Assembly: GCA_030264375.1 (NCBI GenBank)
Contig: JASCQW010000099.1
Location: forward strand, 50,677,770-50,741,604
Direction: 5' to 3'
Origin: Carcharhinus longimanus
Lineage: Eukaryota
DNA length: 63,835 nucleotides
In this document: piece after piece, positions 1-12,058 of the stretch
Numbering within the stretch: position 1 is the first letter of the stretch
Layout: every line of letters begins with the position of its first letter
Notes under the pieces: model-generated
The model's database searches: none
What the model saw: the letters and a program-made list of their open reading frames with translations, nothing else
Told to the model about the DNA's origin: nothing
Made by a program: the position numbers and the translations under genes

Positions 1-1
1 G

Positions 2-1291
2 CCATTTAGCAGACCAAGCATGAGCCAGTTTGATGTTGATCGGCTTTGCGATGAGCATCTGCGCGCTAAACGTGCCCGGGTTGAGAACATAATTCGTGGC
101 ATGAGTCATTCACCAAATGTGGCATTGCGAGGTGGAGATAATGACCGAGATGGGGTGCAGCAGCCTGTGAGTCCCAGAGACAGCTACAGGGAAAACAAAC
201 GTAAGCAGAAGCTTCCCCAACAACAGCAACAGAGTTTTCAACAATTGGTTACAGCCCGGAAAGAGCAAAAGAGAGAAGAACGACGCCAACTGAAGCAACA
301 GCTGGAAGATATGCAGAAGCAACTGCGGCAGCTCCAGGAAAAATTCTACCAAATATACGATAGTACAGATTCTGAGAATGATGAAGACGGCAACCTATCT
401 GAAGACAGCATGCAGTCAGAAACTGCTGATACTAGGGCACATGACAGGTCTGACAATGAGATGTCGGATCTCGATCCAGGACACTTCCTTGATCGGGCTC
501 GTGCTCTTATTAGGGAACAAGAAATGGCGGCAGAAAATGAAAAATTAAAGAGGGATGGTCACTCAAGAAAAAACCAAGGCCCATCCAACTTGCATGCTGA
601 AGGAAAACAGCTAGCTGACACTCTTAAACAGGAACTTAATTCCACCATGTCACAAGTAGTGGACTCTGTAGTCAAAATGTTCTCTAAGTCCTCCCACCAG
701 CTTCCTCAGGTCTTCCCACCTATCCAGATTCCACAGGCACGATTTGCTGTGAATGGAGAGAACCACAACTTCCATACTACTAATCAGCGGCTCCAGTGCT
801 TTGGTGATGTCATCATTTCCAATCCGTTGAACACTTTTGCCAACATGCATGTATCCAATTCTTCAGACCAGACAGAAGCACTGCCTCTAGTGGTACGCAA
901 AAACTCATCGGAGCAGTCTGCCTCCACCCCTTCTCTAGGTGGCCACCACAGCTCTCTTCATCAGTCCCCACTTTCAGCTGCGGCAGGATTTTCATCCCCC
1001 GCATTCCGCCACCCACTGCCTCTCCCTCTTATGGCCTATTCCTTTCAGAGCTCTCTAGGTAATGCTTCCAGCACAGTTTCTGGGAAAGATAGGTCATCTC
1101 CTGAGTCCTTGGACTTGACCAGGGAAACTGCCTGCCTGCGGACCAAAGTGTCATCACACCACATGAACCATCGTCCGTGCTCACCGATGCATCCATCCAA
1201 CACAGCTGAAGGTCTCTCTTTGTCTCTCATTAAATCTGAGTGTGGTGACTTGCAGGATATGGCAGACATTTCACCATATTCTGGAAATACG
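2..1291 (+). CDS. PROX1: PROX1 large coding exon (equivalent of human exon 2), 5'-truncated by the window edge
   Basis: Frame is open from base 2 (PFSRPS-MSQFDVDRLCDEHLRAKRARVENIIRGMSHSP...) to ...LSLIKSECGDLQDMADISPYSGNT and is collinear with vertebrate PROX1 (QQQQQSFQQLV, EQKREERRQLKQQLEDMQKQLRQLQEKF, TEALPLVVRK, SPESLDLTR, IKSE). The ATG at 20 is internal. The exon ends at codon ACG 1289-1291, directly before the U12 donor. Confidence 0.97.
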
Positions 1292-2210
1292 ATATCCTTT
1301 TCTGATAATGTCTTAGTGTTTAATATAGGTGTATGCAGTTAGAGTACAATTTTTTTTCACCTAATTAGTGTCATTGGTACCCCATCAGAAAAATGAGTTG
1401 AACTTTCAGCAGGCAATCTCCATCTCCTGGGGCATTCATTTTATGCACCATCATTACCTGCTTTTGCATAACCCAAACATGTTAGAAGATGCAACAAGTG
1501 CATCACCCCCACCCTCCAATGTTCTGCAAGTTCAGTGCAGCTGCCTGCTATGCATGATTAACCTCTGTTCAGCTGTACACAGAAATCTTTTGTTCTTGTA
1601 TATACAAAGCAAATGATTTTAAAAGCTTGTGAGCACAATCAGAGTGGGCTCAGCTAAACTGAACTTCTTTCACAAGAATTACTTGCTTTTTTCTATATTT
1701 TAGGTAAACGAGTATACTATTTCTTTTTAGCAGAATTTTTGTAATAATAAAAATGATGCTGGATTATCTGCCGCCAATTGCCCTCTGTCAAAGTGCCAGT
1801 TCTCTGTATAGCTTTTCATTTTTCCTTTATCATCTCACTTGGTCAAAGTAATAGAGCTTCTATTTTTATTCTTAAGTTTTGTTGACAGGAGTCAGTAACA
1901 TACTGCGTTTTTTGTCTGTGGCACGCTGTGATATTTTGTGAATAGCTAGTTGCATATTTTACAGTAGCAAAAATGTCTATTTAAGATTGTTATGCTGAAC
2001 TATATATGATAGATTTTGGATGTAACTTGGTGTTAATTAATGGTCTCCTCCTTTCTTTATTGCTCTAGCCCATCAGTTACCTGCCAATGTTGTAGGAATT
2101 AGGAGGTGATTTCCCTATTTAGGTAATTTAGAGAGTGCCCAACTATATTTCCTTCCTATAATAGTTGCATTGTCTTCTTGTATAACAAGCAAATATTGGG
2201 AACAGCTTAC

Positions 2211-2416
2211 AAAAGCAAAATACCTTGGATGCTGGAAACCTGAAATAAAACAGAAAATTATGGAAATACTCAGCAGGTCAAGCAGCGTTTGTGAAGAGAA
2301 AAACAGTTAGAATTTCAGGTCTTTGCTCTTTCACCAATTGACCTGAAATGCAAACTTTTATTTTTCTCTTGAGATGCTGCCTAACCTGCTGAGCGTTTCC
2401 TATATTTTCTGTTTTC
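2211..2416. mobile_element. Inverted-repeat (hairpin) non-autonomous element, Penelope-like-derived
   Basis: Left arm aaaacagaaaattatggaaatactcagcaggtcaagcagc...tttcaggtc is the reverse complement of right arm gacctgaaa...gctgcctaacctgctgagcgtttcctatattttctgtttt. Related copies near 25020 and 57030. Confidence 0.75.
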
Positions 2417-2774
2417 ATTAATGGTAACCCCCTTCTTTGTTAACAATATGGCTCAGTCCTTTTAATGAAACAGAAGAAAAGAATGCAAACCTGGAACAAA
2501 GATGTACATTCTGGACAGCTATGTAAGACTATATCCCATAGAACAAATTTACATTTTATTGTTAGTTATGTTTATTTATTGGGCATAAATTTTATTCCAA
2601 TGATTAAAGGCAGCTGTTGAGTTATTCCCAAGATTTCAGGCGTTATCTTTCATCTCACGAACACACTCTGCATCTTAAGAAAATAGCCTTGAATACAGAA
2701 GGATACAGAATTTGCATATAACAAATTGGAATAGTGCTACAGCATCATGCAGGCGAAGATAGCTGAACTTGCAG

Positions 2775-2877
2775 GCCGGGATTTTACAGCCTCACCCGCC
2801 CCAGAATCGAGGCAGGCAAGGCTCGCAGAGTGGCATTCTCCGTTGGCCTTGGGCAGGCGAGGCAGTAAAATTCCGGC
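2775..2877. mobile_element. ~100-bp MITE with 13-bp terminal inverted repeats (probably PIF/Harbinger-type)
   Basis: GCCGGGATTTTAC (2775-2787) and GTAAAATTCCGGC (2865-2877) are inverted with one mismatch and enclose a GC-rich interior in AT-rich flanks. Confidence 0.65.
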
Positions 2878-4737
2878 AACAATCTCCATGGAATTATTGT
2901 AGAATATGATTAAGAAATAGAAATTTGAGTTATGGCAAGTAACAAAACAGGATGGGCAGAAAAGAATAGATTTGCAATGGTGTTCTAATGAAGTTTGATA
3001 ATTGCTGCAGTGCCAGTGTATTTAATTGAGGGCAATCTGGTAACTAAGATTAAACTTGAAATGAGACAAACGAAAACAAACCCAGATTTAGAAATTATAC
3101 CTGCGACATAGCAATTATCTTTTTTGATCACAAAATTTTGCAGTGCTATTTTCCTGGTAGCAAGAATCATAATAAACATACTTGTAGTAACATTTGTAAA
3201 GCATATACAGCTTTAGATTTTTTAAAGAAACTCTATTATGTCAAACAAAGTGTGAATTAAAATGTCTTTAACTTCCTATACTGAATTGAAAATGATAATT
3301 GGTATTCTAGTTGCAGTCTTTGATCTAACTGTATAGTTCCATATTGTACTCCACTGACATAACGACTCATCTGCCTCTCAGGTAATACTACATATTTGCC
3401 TTGTAAAAACTCTGTATGCAGACTACACACAAACTCATGTGGTGTTTGAATACTGCTTTAGGTTCAGCTGCAGCACAGTACTGCTCTGATCTTTTATTTT
3501 CCTGAGCAGATGTCTTTCATTAATTTATGGATTTATCATCTTTTCTTTTTTTACACCTGGCAGCTGGCTCAAGTTTCAGCAGTTATTGTCTATTTTGCAT
3601 CTCATGTAGAATTGAATGTCATCTGTCTTAACAAAGCTGAAGCTGAAAGAATGAGGTGAGCCACATGAGCTGCTGGGACAGAGCTGTACGTTTTCTTACC
3701 TCCTTAATATTTANNNNNNNNNNNNNNNNNNNNNNNNNNNNNNNNNNNNNNNNNNNNNNNNNNNNNNNNNNNNNNNNNNNNNNNNNNNNNNNNNNNNNNN
3801 NNNNNNNNNNNNNTGTACGTGTTCTTACCTCCTTAATCTTTATTTGTGCTCATTTCTTCTGGCCTTGAATGGGCTGTGCTTGCATTCTGTGCAGCTGTAT
3901 GTTTACCAAATCTATTCCAACATGAGTCATTGTGCGTGTGTAAGTATCCTAGAAACAGCTAGCGCTTTCTTGGGAGAACAGTTGCTTTCAACGTAAGCTT
4001 AAAAGGGAAATTAGCCAATTGGTCAGTCCTGGTTTAGAATATTTTAAGAAGCTGTGGCATCTTTCAGCTGTACTTCAAATTTAGGATAATATTTGTGGTT
4101 ATTGTTGTTTTAAAATACATGTTACCTAACAACATTGTTTGAATGATGCGCTTGATTTTAACAATATTAATGATAGGACTTTTAACAACTGCTAATAAAA
4201 GATGCTACAATCGTATTTCCTTGCATCCAGCTTAGTATAATTGGAGAAAAATGCATAAATACAAATTTACGAAATGGTTAAAAGATGAACCTACTGATTT
4301 TTGTCGTGTTTCATTTTATAAACCAAAGTATTTTATATTCAACCTTTTGTGTTTTTAAAAATCTACTAAGTAAATTGGAATTAATGCATGTAAGTAATAT
4401 TTCAGTGATCATTCATGCTTTAATTTTCAATGCTTTATATTCTTAATTTTTCCTGTTTCCACCTTTCCTTCCTAAATGTAATGATTAATACTGAGGTACT
4501 GTGTTGTAGGCACTGACAACCATTCAGTAACTGACCTTTCCTCTTGTGGAAGCTTAGTGCATATTGGCAGGTTGCTTAACAATCATGAGAAGGAATTATT
4601 GTAGAACACAACTTGTCTTCACTGACTAGTCATGCATGTACATTCTAGCAAGAGTCATTGTGTGGTAATAAAGAGGGGGGGGGCAGCTATTTGGTTTGTT
4701 TACTCCTTCTTAGCCTAGAACACAGAAAATAAAGATA

Positions 4738-5020
4738 AATTGTATTTAAGTGGAACTTTTCATGACCATGTGCATTCCCAAAGTGCTTTATAGCCTACGG
4801 AGCACTTTTTCAGTGTAGTCATGTTGTAATGTAGGAAATGCAGCTGCCAATTTGTGCACAGCAACTTCCCACAAACAATAAAATGATAATAACCAGATAA
4901 ACTGTTTATTGCTGATGGGGGATAACTTCCTTGCTCTTCAAAGTAATGCCATGGAATCTTATGTTCACCTGAACACGCAGATGAGGCCTCTGCAGTGCTT
5001 CATCTGAAATTCCAACATCT
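4738..5020 (-). mobile_element. Deu-domain SINE fragment (SacSINE1/AmnSINE1-like)
   Basis: Contains the reverse complement of the recalled Deu-domain core and tail: cccaaagtgctttatagcc...gtgtagtcatgttgtaatgtaggaaatgcagctgccaatttgtgcacagcaacttcccacaaac...gccatggaatctt. Confidence 0.75.
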
Positions 5021-6354
5021 GCTATGGCAAAGATCAGTTAAGTTTAGGACACTTAGGATTAAATGAGGCCTCCCTACTCCCAAACCTCAACTGTAAGGCT
5101 CAGCACCAGACTTGAGCACGTTTGCTGACAGAGTCATTGAGAGATTTCACTTGGTGCAGTTGGGTTTAGTCTTTGAATTCTTACAATAAGATATGTAAGG
5201 TGATCTTGCCGATTCACATAATCTGATGTAGCCAGCTGGTGTGAGCTTAATACAGTATTAAGACATGCTTAATGTTAAAGTGTTGGACGCATGTTGTGCA
5301 GCTTTCTGCTGCATTATTTTAGACAATATATAAATTATGGTATATGTAGACATCCTGTAGAAATAAGCCCCAAGTATGCATAAAAGAAAAAGCTCCTCTC
5401 TACCAGAAGTGATAATTGGAACACATTTTTCCACTCCAGATTTAATTACTGAAATAAAATATTTTGTAAACGTTTGTAGCAAAGTAAATATTAAATTATG
5501 GAGTGGGGCAATGCTTGCAAATGCTTATAATTAGAGTTGTCAGGATTTATTAATACAGCCGTGGACTGATTGACTTCAGTTTTTATTTTCTCCCTCTTGT
5601 GTCCCATTAAAACAAAAGACTTTAAAATTCAAATGACTGTTCTNNNNNNNNNNNNNNNNNNNNNNNNNNNNNNNNNNNNNNNNNNNNNNNNNNNNNNNNN
5701 NNNNNNNNNNNNNNNNNNNNNNNNNNNNNNNNNNNNNNNNNNNCCATTAAAACAAAAGACTTTAAAATTCACATGACTGTTCTGTGAGGTGATTGCATCC
5801 TCCCAGCAGTGCTCCCAGGAAATGCAGGTTGAAAAAGGATCTAAAATTGTGTTCCTAGTTCTTCAACTGCACTTTCAGCAAGCCCAGCTGCCCGGCATGA
5901 ATGAGTATCCACAGAATACTCTTTAAATTATTTGGTGCTGATTGACCACATTAATGAAAAATTAGCACACACAATACTTGCTATTATTCAGATTTTCCTA
6001 TGATTCACTTTCTAAATGACTGTAAAAGTGAGAAACAGCAATATAATAGATATTTTAAGAATAGCAGAAAATTACACTCGGGGATACATTGTTGCAAGAG
6101 GACACTGGAATGGGGAAAGAGGATATACGTCCATTGTAAGAACTTGCAAACAACTTAGTAAGAACTCTGTTCAGAAATGTTGCTGCCTTTTATTTAATCT
6201 TGTCTTGCGAAGTACTTTTCATTGTAATTTTCCTTATCTATGGCAAGAAGATATAAATGTATTTCCCCTTTGCATCATAGTTACACAAATTAGTCTGTAT
6301 CTTCTAGGGGATAATGATTTTCAAAGGATAGAAAATAAGAACATCTACCTAAAG

Positions 6355-6818
6355 CAGGGCTTCCCAAACTGGGGTCACGAGATGAGATTTCGGGATGCGA
6401 GCTGCAAGGCAACAATTGCTGGTGTGAAGCTTGAACTGATTCCTGACAGCTGCGAGGTCCCTTTTTAAATGTGTTTTATTGGTGATCGTGGCCTAATTGA
6501 CTGCTCTTTGAGGCTCTATTTGCCATTGCATAAAAGCCTATGATTAAATAGATTTTTTTTTGGATAAACCTTTCCTCTTCATGAACTATCCCCTCCTCAC
6601 CTAGCCTCCTGTTCCATCCCCACCCCCTGACAAAGAACCAAAGCCACCCTTTAGGCTTCCCTCCAAATTTCACTCAACAACTGAAGGTCCATCTACCAGC
6701 TCTCATACCTGCCAAATCTCTGTTAACCTCTCCCCTCCTTTTCCTCTCCCTCTCTTTACTACTGTGCCACATGACGCATCAAAATGGGATTACATGAGGA
6801 AAAGATTTAGAAGCCATG
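6355..6818. mobile_element. Possible hAT (Charlie-like) non-autonomous element
   Basis: Begins CAGGGCTTCCCAAACTGGGGTCACGA and ends ...AAAGATTTAGAAGCCATG, a degenerate inverted pair resembling hAT-Charlie ends. No clean target-site duplication seen. Confidence 0.4.
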
Positions 6819-9800
6819 GTTTAATTTAAAGGGTAAGGAATATAAAACTTAATCGAATGTTGAATATTTTCTAATACTGAATAAACCTGCACAGTACTTA
6901 GCTTTATTCAAGCATAACCTATAGATAAGACTATTTAAATTCATGATTCTTATTTAGGAGAGTTGAATAATAGTGCAGTCTCTTCTTTCAGGTATTATCC
7001 TTTTAGAAGCTCAAATAAAATAAGTATGATTGTAACCGGTTTTGATATATTCTGCATCGTCCATAAAAACTGAATGACAAGTTTTTCAAAGCACACTTTG
7101 ATTTGTCACACTAACATGATATCTGCTGAATAAGCATGCATATAAGAACTAAGTTCTTATAAAAATAATTGGATAAAATTTCTTCCTTATTCTTTGTTAT
7201 TTTGATGTTTTTATGCAAATTCTTTTGTGTAATTATTGTCTTCCCTTGGGGCTTTCCATCATCCGTCAGTTAAAACATTCCATCCTCCCGTCAATATAAA
7301 ACTTTCCAACAATGGACCGTAGTAGAGCAGGATAGGTCAGTGATTACAAACAAGCAAATGTTGACCATCTCTGAATGTCACACTCTCAGTCATTTTAAAA
7401 ATTCAGAGGATTGCACATATAAGAAATAAGTGGTTTGCCTGCTACCTTGATTATTTTCTTTTGCTAAGGATGATAGCATTTAGACCCCATGAATCTAAGT
7501 TACAAGTTTTTGGGATGCACAGATGTTTGACATTTGTCGTGTATTTTAAGCACAACATGTTGCTGTTGAGGTAAATTGAATCGCTTTATTATGCCAAACT
7601 CTGGGTGTGTGGCGCAAGAGAAAACCCACAGGAATGGTTTTTGGTGAGATGCCAAAGTTTGTGGGTGGGAGCAAAAATCGTGTTGGAAGACTATGAAAGC
7701 GGGAGATGGAGACTCAAAGGAACATTCCCTAGAATAGAATTAGCGTAAGGCAATGACTGGGACACTGGCACTGAGAAGGGGCGACAAATACCTGGATTGT
7801 GCCAAGGACTCTTGGGGCCTTTGGGAGCACTCCTACTCTTTGCCCATAAGGATTTCAAGGGTAAATGATTTTTCTACACTTGTATCTGTTTCTTCTTGCT
7901 GCTCCATTCTTCCTTCTAGTGTTCTGCAGTCAGGGTGTCTGACCCCATGTAGACATCCCTAGTTCAGAAGTTATAAAGCAGTTGTGAAAACCCTCATTGC
8001 CCATTCAGGATGCAGAGGGTGAGTGATTTTTCTAAATGTATCTGCTGCCTTGCCACCCCATCCACGCCACCTTCTAGTGCTGGGGGAGGGTGCTGTATCA
8101 TTGTTGTTTGCAGTGGGGAATTTATGCAACAGCTTGAGAACTTGGCACTCAACCCACCATCTTACTATACCCTTGCTTGCACCATTCCTACCAGGATGTG
8201 GGGAGGGGTTGAAATGAATTTGACTATCTTCAGCATTGTTTCTCATCCAACAAGATCCTGATACTCTTGATGCCACATTGGTATTTCTTCTTTTGATATT
8301 TCTGAACTTGGTGACATAGTGCACAAAAAAGTGTTTAGCATTATTTAAAGACTGATTTAATGGGGATCTTCAAATGAAACTATTTGCAGGCACCTAATCT
8401 GTTGTATTTTGTGGTTTTCAGCAGTATCAGGCTTGGGTGTAAATGGTGCTTTGAAATAGATTGCTGAATTTTGTAAATATCCACAAAATGATCTATTTNN
8501 NNNNNNNNNNNNNNNNNNNNNNNNNNNNNNNNNNNNNNNNNNNNNNNNNNNNNNNNNNNNNNNNNNNNNNNNNNNNNNNNNNNNNNNNNNNNNNNNNNTG
8601 TTGAATTTCTAGAAACTTTGGAAGTTTGCACAGTATCTCCATCGAAAATCGATTATGCCACTTAACTCCATGCAGAGTAAATTTGATTGAGGTTGTTTTA
8701 TTTCAGACTAGTGCATTATAAAGCCTCAAATGGTATTTCCCATGATGGAAGTTGCTGACGTACAATTTGCCTAATTTATTTCGGCTTGGACCAAGTTAGT
8801 TAGTAAATATCCCTATACAATCAAATAACATTTAAATATTAAATTTATCATTAGATTAATCATTATGGAAATTCACTATCAAAATGATATGCTTGCATGA
8901 ATTTACTATTTATAAACCAAATTTATTTGTCTCAAAATTTGATATGGCATAAATATAAATGAACTATTCTTACTTAACAAATAGGGGTGGGTAATAAATA
9001 CTGCTTTGCCAGTGTTACATCCTCAGAACAAAATTTTAAATTGTGCCAGGAAAGTATTGCAGTAATTGCATGTTTCTTTGCAAAGAAGCAAGATCAAGCC
9101 TGAACTTAAAAATATTCCTTTCCTTATAATCAAATTTTCAAAATGAACAACTGCAATTTTCATAAATTATTCATGATTTCATATTTGAACAGTAACTTTA
9201 TTTTTTATGATGACCTTTATAGCAATAATGCTCCTTAAAGCACCTGAACCATAATATGATGTAAAGTGTGTCTTCCTGAATCAATACACAATGAGTTACT
9301 TGATGAAAACCAAAATATTTATTGAAAGTTACTCCATGGTTTGCAGATTATTAGTAATTTCTCACGTGTTTTAATTTTGGCATTTAATAGCAGTAAGCAC
9401 ATTGCCTTGGAATATATTTAAATAATGTTTTACAATGTCATTATCCTGAATCATGTGAAATCCATAAGTATTGTTTTCAGTTTTTGAGACATCTACTGAG
9501 GCTTGGATTTCTTTTTGGAATAAAAGTACAGTAGTTTTCTTAACCTGGTTATTGTCTTTTAAATTTTCATTATTTGCATCTTCAAGGGGCTTTCAACATG
9601 ATGGATCCAATATAATCTTGTTTGCCAAAGTGCCTCTGGCACAACAGATGCAAGCCTGTAAGATTGCTTTGTGTAACTCATAATCTTGTGGGATTTCACC
9701 ATTTTGGCAAATCTGAAATAGTCATTTCCACGTTAATGATGTTGAAGTTATTTTCCACCAGTAGAGATTTATGAGCTTCTGTTTTACCAGTTACTGACTT

Positions 9801-12058
9801 TTTGTTTTGGATGCGCTATATTTGATCTTAAAAAAATAACCTGATAACATCAATAGGGCATTGGATTCACTACCAAAAGGTCAGACATTATGCCCTGAAA
9901 CTTCTTGCAATAATGGGTATCCACTAGTTTGCCAACAGATCAAAGAAGGACCCTATTCAGATTTTTGTTCAGTCAGGTGAATTGACCAAGAATATCATTG
10001 GCGTAAGTGAAGATCCTTCAACTGAAAAAGTTGCACTCTTCCAAACCAAAGGGAATAGTAAAAGACACAATGTAATTCTAAATGAATTAATGTGCTTCTA
10101 CAAAGTGCACTATATATAAACAATTATTTGATTCTTCCAACCGTGTTCTAAATCTGAGTATGTTCTGAAATTGATAATTTCATAATTTTTGGAGATATTA
10201 AAATAGACTTAGCAATGTTCTGTAACAGATCTGGCCTACACGGATCAACTTTCCACTGAATCTCCAAGTTTATAGTAAAATTTTAAAATTATATCAATAG
10301 TTTAACAATTGTATCTTTACAAACTAATTTTTGTCAGTTGGCTTGTATCCTAGTCTCTTTTGTTTCTATGGTTTTGCTTCAGTCATCTGGACTGAGCACA
10401 GCAGAAATCACAAGTAGGTTTTAATTTATGAATTTCAACTGAAATTGATGAATAGATTGTAAGAGAGAGCAGTCATAAGCACAAATCTTAAGTTGATATA
10501 GTTCAGAATCTCCAAAGTAAAATCCCATGAGGTCAATAATTTTTCACATGAAAATGTCTACTGTTGTGACACTTAGCTCACACTTCTGTAAACATTTTTG
10601 AGGGTCTTGTTTATTTCTGGTTTTTCTGTTATACTGTGCAATGCAAGCAGGCATTGATTCTTTTAATACTCTGCATTTCATGTGCCATTGCAGAACAGCT
10701 TGCTGCACTTCCTTTCATTTGCCATCGTTATTTCACTTATACATTATGACAGATGGCAGTGGAGAGTGTAATGCTCTTTTAGTCTTCCCTATCAGTCTAA
10801 TGGAGGTCACAGAAGGTTTTTCAACTCTTTCCCTCTTGGTACAAGAAGCATGTCAATCATGAGTTATCAACTCTGCCATCATTAAGCTTTGGAAACACAA
10901 AGGACCAGCTTGATCGAGTTGCTAAAGAGTTTGTTCACTCTGATAAGATCTCCTTTACAATAGCTTCACCGTTGAAATAAATTTGTAGATCCTTTTATAA
11001 TAACTTGCGTAGCTTTGGAAGTTAGCAGCATTTTTGCTCTTAAACATACTCTTCCAAAAAAAAACACCCTTTGGAATAACTTCTGGAAAGGGCCCCTTAA
11101 TTAACCTTCCGGGGTCCAGATTGATTTGCTCCACATGTATCTTCATTTCTGATGAATTATAAAGCCATTAATTTGTGGAGGAAATGGTAGGCGATCTGCA
11201 GCACAGATGTGTCAACACCATACTAACGCACAAAACACAAAAGAGTGCCAAGGAAGCTGAATGAAAATCAGAATTGCTAGATTGTTACACTTAGCCTCAC
11301 ATTAAACTTTCTCCTGGGAACTATTTTAGGAAGCTTCTGTCTACAGAGCTAAAGGGTAATAATATTTGCAGATAAATAGGATTCTTTATCATTGTAAGAG
11401 AGAATTTATTGATCAGCTGTCCCCTGGGGACTTTTTGACAGTCAGAAAATGAACCTTTGATACATCTTGGTTCAGTACCCTTGTGCAGGTCAGATATCTC
11501 CAGATCTACCCAGTGACCTCTCTTTGTAAGATTCCTAGGCATACAATGTTCTCTGCTATGAGTCAAGATGTTTAATTTTTAACTTTATAATAATACCCTT
11601 TTTGTTTTGTGAATTTTTTTGCATTTTGAACTTTCTTGTTAAATTTTAATTCAGATTGTGAATTATTCTGTTACAACATATTCGTTGTTTTCATGTTGTG
11701 TTGGAGCTGATGAATAGCTTTATTTGTGGATTAATGACAATTTATGGCTCTTGATTGTAAACATTCTTATATTCATCATTACAATTCATTGCGTGGTACA
11801 ATATTACTCTCTACGTAATACTGAAGAAACACATTTCTTAAAAGCATTTTTTTTCAAATAAGCAAACTTTTATTGGATAAACCTAATGTTGAATGAATGC
11901 ATATCATCAGATGATTGAATATCAGCAGCTCATGTTCATTTTGGTTTGTTCACTCATTTGCCTAGTCATTAAGGGGTTGTTCTGAAAGCTCTATCCTCTC
12001 CAAATAGCCTTGTTTCTGTAATTGCTTTGTATATTTTCCTTGACAAACAGCATCTCAC

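Larger units (their letters stand above)
1292..12058 (+). other. PROX1: U12-type (minor spliceosome) AT-AC intron, phase 0, 10,767 nt as assembled
   Basis: Starts ATATCCTTTT (U12 consensus RTATCCTT). Branch motif TTTTCCTTGAC at 12034-12044. Ends ...CATCTCAC at 12058. Removal gives SPYSGNT|[12 protein letters not shown], gap-free against PROX1 ([19 protein letters not shown]). Confidence 0.95.

Noticed and set aside
1-1291. Assignment to PROX2 or another paralogue
   Set aside because: The N-terminal region follows PROX1 closely along its whole length, whereas PROX2 is strongly diverged there. A phylogeny would be needed to formally exclude a close paralogue.
20-1342. 440-aa ORF as a complete single-exon gene
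   Set aside because: The frame is open upstream of the ATG, and the last 16 codons are intron sequence after the U12 donor. It is an internal exon segment of PROX1.
2211-2416. Pre-miRNA or structured ncRNA
   Set aside because: Related hairpins recur at 25018 and 57029, so it is a dispersed inverted-repeat mobile element.
3510-3655. Cryptic cassette exon (cag| ... GAG|GTGAGC) in the U12 intron
   Set aside because: 146 nt is not a multiple of 3, its U2-type sites are incompatible with the flanking AT-AC ends, and it has no protein similarity. Such site pairs are common by chance.
3695-3712. Additional U12 branch-like motif (CCTCCTTAAT)
   Set aside because: No matching exon downstream, and it lies in the duplicated flank of an assembly gap.
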